From positions 54,498,001-54,562,000 of the forward strand of contig NC_043010.1 in NCBI RefSeq assembly GCF_006345805.1: 64,000 bases of DNA, read 5' to 3'. The notes below the pieces were generated by a model. The model was not told the origin of the DNA. It was given only the letters and a program-made list of their open reading frames with translations, and ran no database searches. Position numbers and translations under genes: made by a program. This document shows positions 11,818 through 26,773 of the stretch, piece by piece. This DNA comes from Octopus sinensis (Eukaryota). How positions within the stretch are numbered: position 1 is the first letter of the stretch; each line of letters starts with the position of its first letter.

Positions 11818-14049
11818 AAAACACACCACCACATACACACGAATATGTATGTATATATACTTATATGTATATAACTCATTCAAATACTCAAATTTAATTT
11901 ATCCGTGCTCGAATAATTTAATTAAGCTAGACCTAATATTGTATATCTCCAAGATTTAGCCACAAGATATACTTCGTTTCGTATTAAAAATGCGCAAGTG
12001 AATTCAAAATGCTAATTTCGAGACGAATTAAAAGTATGGATCGGAGAATTCCATTCATTAGAATGCAATAGATGTTTTAACCCCTTTAACATTTTACTTT
12101 CTATTTTTTTTTAATAATAGTCCATTGACTCACTTTTATTAAAAAAAAAAATTGCCGCAAACTGTGTTACGCTAGGAGTTGTACTGTGGCTGATATATTA
12201 GCAGTAAATTTTAGGGAAAAGTAATCGGTTTTGAAGTTACACAGTATTGGTTTTTCTGTCAATCAATGCCGACTGCATCAGTAGTCACCATGCTTTTTAT
12301 AGGATTTTTTTTTCTCGAAACATACTTGAAACCTCATGAATCAAATTAAATTCTCGTTGGATTGGAAGAACAGAATTGCACTTTTAGACTTTCTGAAATA
12401 AGTTGTCATTCCATGTTTTTTAAGCCTATAATACTATATTTTCATATCACTCGGAGGTGTAATTTTTGCATTCGAATGAATACTACCATTAATTTCCTGG
12501 TTAGTTTCCTGACGATCAAAAACAGGATTCCGTATAACTTGTCACCGGAAATTATAGCTGAAATGAATGGGGGCGTTCAACACCTATTAATCTTTGCGTA
12601 TAAAATCTATCTCAGTATTTGATACGTTTATATTTTGGTAGCCCTGGCTGAGATATTGATGAGTTAACGTTCGCACATGTACTATCCTTTGTTTTATCAT
12701 ATTTACAATAACTTTACCCGTTATGTTTTTGTTTATTGATACTAGTTTGTGATTTAAAGGAGATTTCCTTTCCATTTCTAGCAAATACTCAACCTATTAA
12801 GTTATGACTCATTATCATTCCAGTTATTTGTTCTTCATTTAGAAATGAATGCCATAAGTTAATCTTGGATGAAACAGTATATCGGTTGAAGAAAGCATAG
12901 TGTAAACCACTTGTATTTTATCTGATTATATAGAAAATGCGTTTGATGTCTCCTATGAAACGGAACTCCTTTTAAACAAAATTTGCAGCTTAAAAGAGAA
13001 AAATAATTGAAACGGCCATTAATTAGGAACGGACAGCGGCAAATCAGAAGCGGTGGAATTTAATTAATGCTATACCGATATTCTGACATATATATTGATA
13101 TTGATATGACAAGCCTCTCTTTCTTTTATGGAAAAACTTTTGACAGTTACGAACCGATCCTTCTATACACTAGCTCACTAAACGCAATGACGAATTCCAT
13201 ACCATAGCTAATCTCTCTTTTCACTGCATACTGTTACAAATTCGTAGAATAAGCTGATATTCTGGAGTTTTCCCCTGTGTCTTTCATGGCCATACTTACA
13301 CATTGTGCTCAGCTGATAACGTATATAATGGTGATAAATGAAATTATCAAGATGTTAACTATAAAATATGTTATAGCACTGCTTATTCTATACTGTATAG
13401 TGTTTAAGATATATAAACGCGAAAGATTATGTTCACTGTATTGTATAATAGTTATCATTCAAATGCATTTTTAAAAATATGTCACATTGTGGTACGTATG
13501 AAGGAGGGTGTAACAATGGCGCTTTTCCAGGTTTTGTTCCCATTCGCGATGCTTGTTGAAGTATATTTATCATAGATAGTGACCGTCATAATTCTGGTGT
13601 ACATAGTATTAAGGTGTAAATGCGCACCGTTGTTGTTCACAATACTTTCGTTAACTTGAAATGAAAACCGATCGAAGTAGTTTCTTCTGGTGAAAATAGC
13701 CGTGTATCGTTTCTTTGTAGCAAGAAAATAGTGAAAACGAGTGCAGGATGGCGCAAGGTTATTGATTATGAGCATATGTGTATGTTGCAGTAAATCTGAA
13801 AAGTGATATTGTGGGGTCTTCGATACGCACTGTGGAAAAGGCAACATTGCAACATAGGGAAGGTAAAAATAACTTGTTTACGGATAGTGCGGTTTGAACA
13901 TGCTTATAACGGAATAGCGAAGATATTTTATCTTTTGTCACGTGATTGTCTCTCTCACTAGACTTCAACCATGGTAGGGCACCACCTTCAGCAGATTTAG
14001 TCGAAGTTATCAGCCCAATAACTTGTTTTTTAAAGCCCGGTACGCTTCG

Positions 14050-14084
<35 letters not shown>

Positions 14085-14692
14085 CGTGTGGCATTTATGT
14101 GTAATAATGCCCTATATACAATATATATATATATATATATAATGAGCCTACCCCAAATCCACTCATATGGATTTCGTCTGCACAAGCTTTAAGCAGATGT
14201 GTTAATGTAGCGAATGTGTCACGCAGTGGGAGTGATCGTGAAACCACGTGTTTGGGAAGCCACACATACACCTAAAAAATAATCATATATAAATATTAAA
14301 ATTCTAATTTTATATGCTCAATGACAACCCTGATTATTTTGCTGAAATACGGTTCCGATTAGAGAAGGTCACTAGCTTAGCTGATATAGTTTTTGTAAAG
14401 CTGTGAATATTTGTAAATGATATATTTCTTCTCAAATGCAAAACTGCAGTAAAATCTTCTCATTGTGCCCGCCGTGTTTAAAATATAAGACTAATTTGAT
14501 GAAACTTATATCACACAAGAAATGATAGATAACAACAAGAGATGTATATCAGATATGATAAGTTCATCCCTTTCGGCCAGACATGTCGCAGGAAAAACAG
14601 AACCAAATATCCGATAGGTTTAAATAGAAAGATAGGCATGGGGAGGAAGCGAAAGGTGATTAATATGAGGGGACGATCATGGAGTAGAAATA

Positions 14693-14694
14693 GT

Positions 14695-14734
<40 letters not shown>

Positions 14735-14735
14735 T

Positions 14736-14786
<51 letters not shown>

Positions 14787-14800
14787 CAGCAGCAGCAGTA
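14693..14800. repeat. (AGC)n/(AGT)n microsatellite
   Basis: Direct reading; source of poly-S/poly-L ORFs. Confidence 0.9.
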
Positions 14801-15072
14801 GCAGACGTTCAAGAATTTGGACCTGGCGATCTCCATTTCCAGCGTCTTCGAGGGCCACCTTCCAGTGGTGTCAGGCGTCAATGAAGAGCCCTCTACTACA
14901 ACAAGACGACCAAAGTATTTTTTCCAAGGTCTGGGGTCTCCCACCCTTAAGCCCTAGACCATCACCTAATCACCCTTGCCCTTCTTGTTGCTTAACACCA
15001 CCAATAACAGAAGCAGCAGCAGCAGCGGCAGTAGCAGTAGCAGTAGTAGTAGTAGTAGCAGCAGCAGCAGTT

Positions 15073-15104
<32 letters not shown>

Positions 15105-15415
15105 CATGGTGGTGATAGTAAAGAAACGGGATAGCAAAGAACCAAAAGAGCATCAGTAGGTCTGAAGAACGCGCTGTTGTGTGTAATGATTCTTTCTGGT
15201 GGCAGAGTTTCATTTATTTTTATGAGCTGTCTTTTCAATTAATCTATTTTTCATTTATGTCTGTTTTAAGAAATACAATATTTAAATATTTTAGCTATTT
15301 TGCTAAGACGATGTTGCCCAGTTTTCTTCTCAGATGACATACGAGTAGATATGAAAGGTTAAATACGCAAAAGAAAGGATAAATATTGTCAGTTAAGCAA
15401 TATCGACGTGGAAGG

Positions 15416-15802
15416 GAGGCGCAATGGCCCAGTGGTTAGGGCAGCGGACTCGCGGTCGTAGGATCGCGGTTTCGATTCCCAGACCGGGCGTTGTGAGTGT
15501 TTATTGAGCGAAAACACCTAAAAGCTCCACGAGGCTCCGGCAGGGATGGTGGTGATCCCTGCTGTACTCTTTCACCACAACTTTCTCTCACTCTTACTTC
15601 CTGTTTCTGTTGCACCTGTATTTCAAAGGGCCGGCCTTGTCACTCTCTGTGTCACGCTGAATATCCCCGAGAACTACGTTAAGGGTACACGCGTCTGTGG
15701 AGTGCTCAGCCACTTACACGTTAATTTCACGAGCAGGCTGTTCCGTTGATCGGATCAACCGGAACCATCGTCGTCGTAACCGACGGAGTGCCTCCTCCTC
15801 TC
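15416..15802 (+). mobile_element. Full-length tRNA-derived SINE with 13-bp TSD
   Basis: tRNA-like head (TGGCCCAGTGG A box, GGTTTCGATTCC B box); TCGACGTGGAAGG at 15403-15415 and 15803-15815. Confidence 0.88.
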
Positions 15803-16369
15803 TCGACGTGGAAGGTGGACGATTAAAAAAGAATGAAGAAGTAGAAATAGAAGTAGAAGAAGGAGGAGGAGGAGATGAAGAAGAAAGAATTACACGGCGA
15901 ATGAATAGATTCACAAATGATTGACTAACCAGCTGTTGGAATCTTATACGAAAGTGCTGCACTCAATAATTGAAAAGAGAATTTTTAACGAGGCATTAAA
16001 ACGTATGGAAGATTGAATTACTAATTAAGAGTTAACTTAAATATTAATAAATATTTTATGATTAATTAAAAGGAAATAATTAACGATTATACATAATTCA
16101 TCACTGATCATAAAAATTTTAAATAATAATTATGTTTGTTAAGAAAATGTGAAACATAATCACAAATATGTGTGCTAAAAAGCAATTATTAAGCAAAAAG
16201 CTATTGCTTAAGATTGAAACGAAGCTTGAATCTTTACAATAAAATTTAAAATTACTTTACGTCATTAGTCTATCATTGCGAACTCGTGATGTCCATATGT
16301 AACCCTGACAAACACAAACAAACACACACATATACACCAAGAAAACGTAAACGCCATCTCAAATTAGTT

Positions 16370-19279
16370 GTTCCATCCTACTACTAGTTTAACCCCAGGC
16401 AGATCTTCCGCCAGAGGGTTTTTGGTGCACCGCTGCACGGAGTACCTGCTATGGGAGGATCTGCCTGGAGTTAAACTAATAGTAACGTGGAACAGAAACA
16501 TTCATGTGGCAATTAAGTTTGTACAGGTGAAATATTACCTATATAACTTTTCATAAATTACATGCAGCTGCCACCTGCTGAAGAAAAAAAGGCAGTTTTG
16601 GGAATGTTTATTCATATAATTTGTACGATTAATTTTATTTATAAAAAAGCCTATATTTAGAAAAATACACATTCAACGTAAACAAATGTAAAGCATGGAC
16701 TAACCTCAAACAAAATACATGAACAGTGAACATCATAAGAGAAGCGTTAATATTATTTGCTATTTGAAGTGTCTTGATTTATTTATATTTAATATGAATT
16801 TGTGCCTATTTTCGTAGCCTGTTCTGACGACAGAAGCTTTTGTCACTTAACTGATAGCATGCTCGACTCCTTGGCTACAACAGAGAAGCGGCATTGCTGT
16901 TATTGGTTCTAAACGAGCTTTAAGAATATCACCATTTCTAAAGTTGCGTTAAACTGGAGGGGTTGTTATAACTTCATTTTCCCAGTTAATCAAATCAACA
17001 TAATGCTGTGCTTCAAAATTAATTTTGTTTAGCAGTTTGAAATGTCTTAATTCTTCACGGGGCATTCGGGGAGAAGTTTTTGCTTTAATAATTTGCTGTA
17101 TTACTACTTCCCTAATCTCTCATCTTCTATCATTCAGCATAGTTCGTAAATTATTCTCCAGATCGGCAAAATGCGAATTAATTTCTCCATAACTTCTTTA
17201 TGAGCTTCGTTCATATCTTGCATTAGATGTGCCATATACCAAAAATGACTAGCTCCTTCATTTACCTTTGGGTGATATTTAATCCAAAACCAGCTTGGAG
17301 CATAAAATTGCGTTACGATTTTAACAAGATCGATAATATTCTTCAGGGGATTTTTTCCGAAACATATATGCGAAGAATTTTGTTTGCACGTGTTAACCAT
17401 CTTGCATGATGGATTTTACCAAGTGTTCTTGATGTTAGCTTCTCAGAAACAAAGCAGGCCTTAATATTGAGGCACATTTCGTACAGATATTTTTGATCTG
17501 AACTTAAAGTAAGAAAAACTTCTAATAACACGATTTAGTTTTTACTGGAGAAAATTTGATTAATTTTAAGTTCGTTATCTCTTTAATTTTATTGCCAATT
17601 AACCATTTTGATGTTTCTGGTCGTGTTGTTTTACCATCTATGGTTTTAATTACGTGTCGAAACGGAAGCTTATCTGTATGCAGCAGGCATATCGTCCACT
17701 GAAGTTGTTTATTTAAGTATAATGCAATTATTTTAATTACCCCCCCTCCTAAATGACGAGTGTTTACTGAGTGCCATCATATAATACAGCCTTTAAACGT
17801 TTTTGTCAGAATCAATTTAAAAGGTAAAGCAACGAGCTGTTCCATTATCTGAGGAAACATGATCTAAATACTCATCACCGGGCTCTTTCACAATAACATA
17901 GGGTTCTTCACTTTCCGTCCCTCTTGCTGTTTTAGTTTCACCCTTTGTGTGACCAAAACCGATGCAGTCGAGCTTTGTATTTTCTGTTTTCAATGTTATA
18001 ATATTGCTTATTCCAGCTGTTTTCTTTCTCTTTCAACCTTTTTCTTATCTTGCATATTTGTATCATTTAAAATTCCCATGACTGCCAAAGCTGCACTAAC
18101 AACGACAGCAGCAGCTCTGCAACTTCTTACCCGGTATCCGCGATGGCTGGATACTCATATGTAAATATGTTTTGTTGGTTTGCTCTCTCCTCATTGCCAG
18201 GCTTAAAATCGACTTCATCGTTATCATTTTCACATGAGTCACAAATATCTACATTAATATCACTTGGCCAATGATAACTAGTTGAAGCAACGTCCATATC
18301 TAAGTGTATCTTTGCATCCCGTTTCCAAATATTTGCCTTTCGTCTGCAGTTCATTTTCTACCGAAGGTATTTGTTTTTCTACAGGTCCTGACTGATCAAA
18401 TCATTTTTCCTGTCCAGCAAAATATTCCTATTACAGTCAGATCTTTTTATTTGTTTGTCATAAAACGTACAGGTGCATACATACAGGTGTATCAAATATT
18501 TCATTGAACTCCTCTAATTTTTTATCAAATCTATTTCATCTTTGCTTGATAAGTATATTGTTTAAATTATAAGTAGATTCATTCAATCTCTCAATTTTTA
18601 GAGCTATACCCTAAATAAAGGCAAAATTGTTCGACATTGTTTGTCCATCTACAGCAACAATCAGGTTGCATTCTTCCGTTGTGGGTAAAATTTTGGATAT
18701 CTGTTCTTCATGACTTCTTATGTGTAAATAATGTCGAAAAACACCAGCCTTAGATGGATTCATTGCTGTAGGAAATTTTGCAGGAAATCCAAATGCTAAA
18801 TTATGGCCTTTTGCTTCTAGTAACCAATATATAATTTTATATATTTTAAATTTATGGAGGTATTTTTGTAAAATTATAGTACAATTCAGCTGAAATAATC
18901 TGAAAAACAAAAGAAAATCATTTAACAAATATATACATTTTCTAAAAAAAAACCCATTCATTTGTGACATTGAAAGTTGTAATTTTAGCATGTTAGAAAC
19001 GTGCCTGCCTACTAGTTGTCTTATATCTCAATGGTTTTGGTAACTTTACTCATCAGATATTTTAGACAGGCCTCATGTAATGGTATATGATGAAATGCTT
19101 CATATCCTTAGGCAATTTAGTATATATGTGTTAGAGAGTATATGATTAATATAGAAAATTAGAATATTTTATTGTGGCGGGTGTATGCAAGTGATACGGC
19201 GGGGTAACATAGTCCTAATTTGAAAATTCCTGCATACCGTGGAATTAAGGTTATTAAAAAATGTTTGTTTCGAACCCAC

Positions 19280-19283
<4 letters not shown>
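16370..19283 (-). mobile_element. Decayed hAT-like (CxxH, RNase H-fold) DNA transposon
   Basis: Minus-strand pieces: AGVFRHYLHIR; RAAAVVVSAAL..MGI; EEPYVIVKEPG; LQWTICLLH..LPFRH; LSSDQKYLYEMC..HARWLTRANKILRIYVS; FYAPSWFWIK; candidate end TAGAGTGGGTTCG at 19283. Confidence 0.75.
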
Positions 19284-19321
<38 letters not shown>

Positions 19322-19572
19322 CCCCTCCAAATATGCACACACACACATTTTTTATTACTACTACTAATATTTTTACTATAATCATTTCTTAAATATAGCC
19401 ATGAAGCAAGTGTCGTTATTCTACCAAATATATACGTTTTATTTATTATTTTGCACATTATTTAATCATTGGTATATTATTGTTATTTATATTAATATTT
19501 CTATTCTATGTAATTTTCTAGATGGTGTAATTTAATTTTTCATTTTAAATCGATAAAAGGTGTTCTTTTCTA

Positions 19573-19636
<64 letters not shown>

Positions 19637-20445
19637 CCCCTCCAAATATGCACATACAGAGTAACGGATACTTGTGTTTCCGCACGTGAATGTGTTTCAC
19701 TGTATCACACAGCATATGACGGTATGTTGAAGCGTAGCATAATTTAACGCTTATACAAACTTGCATGTCGCAGGCAACAAGGGAACATTTAAGATAGACA
19801 ATCGCTAACCAATCGTATTCGAAGTTCCACGTGCAAGTCACGAATAGATTTTACAAATATTCTTACGAATCTTCACATGGCGCCGTACTGTATTTTCAGC
19901 AGAGCATTAATTACACGAGGGTCATTTTTCTTCTCTGCATATAACCAAAAAAATAATAAACAAACAACTTATAGAATATAGTCAGTAAAATGGTAAGCAA
20001 AAATCCAATACTAAATACCACACACATCCCCAAAAAACGCATTTATCTTCTTTTTCTTCACTTTGGGATTACTTCTTTTTCAAGCATCTATTTGTTTTTT
20101 CTTATGTATTTCCATGAAGCTATGGCGATGTCTCTGAAAGGAAAATGACTTTCAGTAGAGTAAGTTTTTTCCTGTCTCTTTCGTCTACGAAATTGCCTAT
20201 CATGATTTTATGAAGTTCATAACCTTTTCCAACGCATTAGGGGGATAAGTAGAGTATAGTTGATATTAAAATGATTTGGATAATGGTAATAGCATCATTT
20301 ATCCAATAGCCCTAGAGCTTCGTTTCCTATCTAACTAACAGATCGAGTAAATACATAAGCACTCACACAGAACACACACACGTATCTCATTCTCTTTCTC
20401 TCTATATATATATATATGTATATACATGTGTGTATATATATGTAT

Positions 20446-20486
<41 letters not shown>

Positions 20487-21202
20487 CTTATCTATTAATC
20501 TCGTTTTTTGTAGATAAATCATTAAGAATGTATAAATAAAGCTAGGGAATATGCATACATGTATTCTTTACACACACACGCATACGCACACACACATACA
20601 CACACACACACATATATATATATAGGGAGAGAGAGAGGAAGCGAGGGTGAGAGAAAGAGAAAAAAAGAGAGAGTGAGAGAGATACAGATAGATAGATAGA
20701 TAGATAGATTGATATGCGTTTATGTACGTACGTACGTATGTATATAATGTCGTATGACTTGAATAATGTCATACGACGACATATAAATTTGTAGATACAT
20801 CTATATAAATATCATTAACACATAGAAATAATGCGCTTATCTTACTGACACAAGTAATCGTTACCTTTCGCTTTATGAGTTTTTTGACCTCCTGTACGTA
20901 ATATCCAATACGTATAATGGCCCCTGCATAAGCTTATAATACATTGCTGCAGATTTTTTCGAGTAAATTACTTATACATATTTTTCGTTGAGGGTATTCA
21001 CTTGAGAGAGATCCAAATATTATTGCATACTTCATTTTGTTTTCATGCATTAACATTTCTGAGAATGCTTTTATTGGATATCAATATTTCATTATCAAAT
21101 TTTTACCCAAAGTGGTGTAAACTAATATAAATATATTTCATAACAACGTCAGCAATTATTCTAGCAAAAATGATTATGATGATGACAATGATGACAATGA
21201 GG

Positions 21203-21249
<47 letters not shown>

Positions 21250-21259
21250 AATAACTATC

Positions 21260-22021
<762 letters not shown>

Positions 22022-22932
22022 AAAAAAAAGAAGAATGTTTTACGAAATATTCTTTTTTACAAACAATAATATATACGTGTAATATTTTCTGTGGTCCCCA
22101 ATTTGTGTCTATGAAATTTAGCTTTTGAAAACAATTTTTAGTAGGTCTTTAGTCAACGTTTATTGATATAACAACTTTCCACATGTCTTATCAGAAATAT
22201 ACGTTCATGCATAACATCATAGTTAACAATTTTCGCTTCCTAATCATATTCAACTGAGTACCAACTTCCTCAAATAGCTTCTACAAAAATTGCGGTGATG
22301 TATACCAAACGTGCCTGCGTGCTAGTGTGTGTGTATGTATACGCTTGCGCTAGAAAAAGTGTTGGTGAGAGTGTATCTATGTGTGAGCTCGCGTGCAAGT
22401 GTTTATAAGGGCGTGCTTACAGTTATGTAGTATACATAATGTAGATATACCATAGCAATGGTGGAACCAATAGGCATTGATAAAATGTCGTAACATTGAA
22501 CATAAAGTGGAGTTAACATGCTCCACTAAACACTTGGATTATAGTCTGCCGCATGGCCTCAATACAGGAACTAGTAAAGAAACTATATGAATGAATATAC
22601 ACAATGCACAATTTAATATAATCCTTTATCGGTCATACGAATCGTATAAATGATATAAATTTTGTATTCCTAATTGGTTACGACTTCAATTCATTTTAAT
22701 GTTTTGAAGCGTGACGAAAAAGGGAGGTAAGTAGTATGGTATTGATATATATATTCATTGATTCAATGAAACTATATCTGTTATTTGTAGTAATTCAATG
22801 TTTCCATAATTCATAAATAGCACCACTGACTAATTTGTCCTCCTCTCAATTCATTGCTTATCACAATTCATTTTTCCTTATACAGTCTTCAGTAACTGAG
22901 CGTTACATCCAAGTGTCTGCAGAATGTCTTCA

Positions 22933-23020
<88 letters not shown>

Positions 23021-23022
<2 letters not shown>

Positions 23023-23362
23023 CATGTTTGACTTTTGCTTTATATTTGTACAAGTTGGCTCCAAGTCTCACCCAGAGACCTCAAGAGACAACAGGTTGGA
23101 AGTTCACGTTGTTGTTATACCTAGTGTGCCATATATTTGGTTTCGTATTTAGTGTTATACTAGTGAAAGTCTAAAAAAAACATACGAAAATTATGTTTGT
23201 TTTAAAACTTGAGATTACATAGAAGTATTTTACGTAGGATATGAGCAGCTCCCATGAGAACTATCTTTTGAATTTCTGCCATTTTTGGGTTTCCTGGTAT
23301 CTGAGTTAGGTAGCAATCAGCCCCTTTTGCTATCATTCCCAGGGCACCTATGACAAGAGGTA

Positions 23363-23365
<3 letters not shown>
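23021..23365 (-). mobile_element. 3' end of R4/Dong-type (restriction-like endonuclease) non-LTR element
   Basis: IPLVIGALGMI..IPGNPKMAEIQKIVLMGAAHILRK, then 3' UTR and (TAA)n tail. Confidence 0.85.
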
Positions 23366-23425
<60 letters not shown>

Positions 23426-23434
23426 TAATATTAC

Positions 23435-23483
<49 letters not shown>

Positions 23484-23541
23484 TATTATTATTATTATTA
23501 TTATATTACTATTATTATTATTATCATTATTATTATTATCA

Positions 23542-23572
<31 letters not shown>

Positions 23573-23624
23573 TATTATTATTATTATTATCATTATTATT
23601 ATTATTGTTATTATTATTATTATA

Positions 23625-23669
<45 letters not shown>

Positions 23670-23672
23670 CAT
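23366..23672. repeat. (ATT)n microsatellite
   Basis: Direct reading. Confidence 0.95.
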
Positions 23673-24118
<446 letters not shown>

Positions 24119-25699
24119 TATTATTATTATTGCTATTATTATTATTATTATTATTATTCTTTCATGAAACCTTGATAAAATTTAGTTTATAATTTGTGGT
24201 CTGGGAGATTTATCGGCGGGTGAGAATGAAAATCTTTCTAGAAGTCATTTCATATTTTCCCCCGGAATAATTTATATTTCTGCGATGTTATTGCAGGTAA
24301 GGCTATGTGCGTATACGCTTTATTGAGGCAGACTATCGTTTTGTATATTCTTGCTATTTGCTCTTTCTTTATTCTTAAGATTTAATCCATTTTCAGCTTT
24401 CTTTCGTGCGAACAGATTTGTTTGTTTAGTACCTTGCCATATATTTGTTAAATATGAATGCTATAGATGCATATTAACTATTTCAATTAGAAGAACGTAT
24501 ATTTTAAATATCCTTTGCATTTGAGATTTTCATAGATTGTGGTGTCTTGTCTAATTTTGTGCCCATGAAGACTTCTAAAATTCAGGAAATATACCAACAC
24601 TTGTTTTGAATACACTCTTCGAGGACACTCCCTTTAGTCTCCACACACCTTCCATAAATTATCCATAAATTATGTTTCCATATTCTCTGGAGCACCATTC
24701 ATTTTTTTTCAAAATTGAGAATGCGTCCCTTTCTTTTATAAAACCCCTTAGTTTTATAAAGTCAGTTATGTTTTTCGGAAATTGCTGTTGGTTTAATATT
24801 AATTTAATTTGACCAGCGTTAATACGCTCAGTATATGGTACAGAAAAAGAACAGTCAAATTCCATTTTGAATTCGATAACTTTAAGGATTTGAAATATAA
24901 TTACTTGTAATTTAGCAATATGCGAATGATGGAATACATTCCTCTAATACGATAACCACCATTATATTTCATACAATATCTAATTTGCATGAAATAAACC
25001 AAAAAATTAGAAGTGTCATCTCGGCGCAATCGATAGAGCTCTGATAAATATCCTCTTAATGCAACTCTGTCATATCACCTCTACACACATATCTTACAGT
25101 CTTTTAATCCTTACCTTCTCATTTCATCCTCTCCCTCCCAGCACCTCTCCCATCCTCCCATAACATTATCTTGGCCACTAACTAACAGTCCCTCTGTCAC
25201 TTCCTTCATCATTTCTTCATTTTTTTCACTATTTGCCTTTTCTCTCTCCCTTTTGTCACTTAATTTCACTCTTTGCTTTCCTCTCTCGCCCTGTTTTCGT
25301 TTTTTCTTTTTTCTATCATTCTTCCTCACATTGTCTCTTCCTGTTTTCGATTTGACCTATCTCCTCTTTCTAATCATACACATCTCTCCTCACTCCATCT
25401 ATCCATACATCCCCCCCATCTATCCATCTATCAATACATTCTCAAATTTTCATTCACACCACAAAACACTTTCCAACGAGCAACACTGATTCCACGACTC
25501 CATGCTTTGAAATGACTAAATATGAACTTACACCACATGAACAGGAAAGATTTTTACCACTTCTATACAAAATTCTCCTCGAATAATGGAACAGCAACTA
25601 CACTATTTTCATATGTCTTACTTCTAGTTTCATTCTCTTTTTCCTTCTATATTATCTATCTTTTCCACAATAATTCGAACTCACATACCTTCTGACGCC

Positions 25700-25747
25700 G
25701 TCTCTGATGAAGGGATATCCACAATATCACAGAAACAGCTGTAAGAT
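25700..25747 (+). ncRNA. Minimal type I hammerhead in a PLE-like 3' end (about 25530-25810)
   Basis: gtct-CTGATGA-AGGGATATccacaATATCACA-GAAAC-AGCT-GTA-aga; palindromic helix III ACAGCTGT. Confidence 0.7.
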
Positions 25748-26215
25748 CATTTCATTATAAATGTCCTGAAAACTCCTCACAGCCTTAGACTTGTTATCTT
25801 ATTCCGTCTCATATATATAAATATATGTATATATGTAAGGAAAGTAGGAGACTATATGACCCATATATAAGTGTCCATATTCTGCGAATCTATGTATATA
25901 TATATATAAAGATACTTGTTTATCTATGTTTTTTGTTTAGGTGAATATGTGAACAAATGTGCATACGATAATATGGAAAACGCCAGCTACGTCTAAAAGA
26001 AAAGTTATTCCGTACAGCTAAACAACACTTAACACTTACGAACCTATATATACCTCTATATATATTAATCCAGAGTTCTCTATGATTACATTTCACACAT
26101 AATGTTTTTTTTTTATTTCTTTATCTCTGTTCTATTTTTTGTCTTTGAAAACTCCTCTATTTGATTTTTTTCTTATACTCATCTCATTTTCACAGGCTCG
26201 GATTTATTTGCATCT

Positions 26216-26264
<49 letters not shown>

Positions 26265-26581
26265 TTTCAATATGTGACTGGTGCGTACTTATATGCTTTC
26301 TTATTTGAATGCGTGTGTATATACTTAGACAAAAAGACGCAAGAAAACACAATCACACGATTACAAACATACAAACATAAACATAAATTCACATACGCAC
26401 AGACAAAAACTGATGTTGTATATATATATACATACATACAACTATACACACAAGCGTATATATATCTATATATATATATATATATGTTCGTGTGCTTGCG
26501 TGAGTGTGTGCATGTGATGGTGTGAGTGTGTGTGTAAGTGCACATTAAGATAGTAAAGTGCATGCTGTTTACGCTGTTTAG

Positions 26582-26773
26582 CTTAGTGAAACCTTTCCAT
26601 TAAAAACGGTCTCGGAGTTTAAACAAGAAGAGGAAAAGGAGGATAAAAAAGTCGCATGTAAAACACAAAGATGTACCGTGGAGAAACCACTAAAGCAAAT
26701 TAACCATAGATTGCGACTTTTTCTTATGATTTTCCAAATATTTTTTTCGTTTATCCTTGAAGTCATTCGGTAA
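26582..26773 (+). CDS. Candidate exon (63 aa, hydrophobic C-terminus), product unknown
   Basis: gctgtttag acceptor, open phase-0 frame LSETFPLK...RLRLFLMIFQIFFSFILEVIR, followed by CG|gtaaag or stop. Confidence 0.25.
   Translation, partial: LSETFPLKTVSEFKQEEEKEDKKVACKTQRCTVEKPLKQINHRLRLFLMIFQIFFSFILEVIR

Noticed and set aside
12300-13900. Possible decayed GPCR (RYTAIF, hydrophobic stretches, NAPIHFSYNFR)
   Set aside because: Motifs in different frames, TM6 missing; resemblance within chance
15416-15490. tRNA genes at SINE heads (also 38935, 53663, 56050-56125)
   Set aside because: No acceptor-stem closure and each continues into a SINE body with TSDs
19780-19830. Cadherin-like GNKGTFKIDN after an AG
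   Set aside because: Immediate stop codon and no other cadherin motifs
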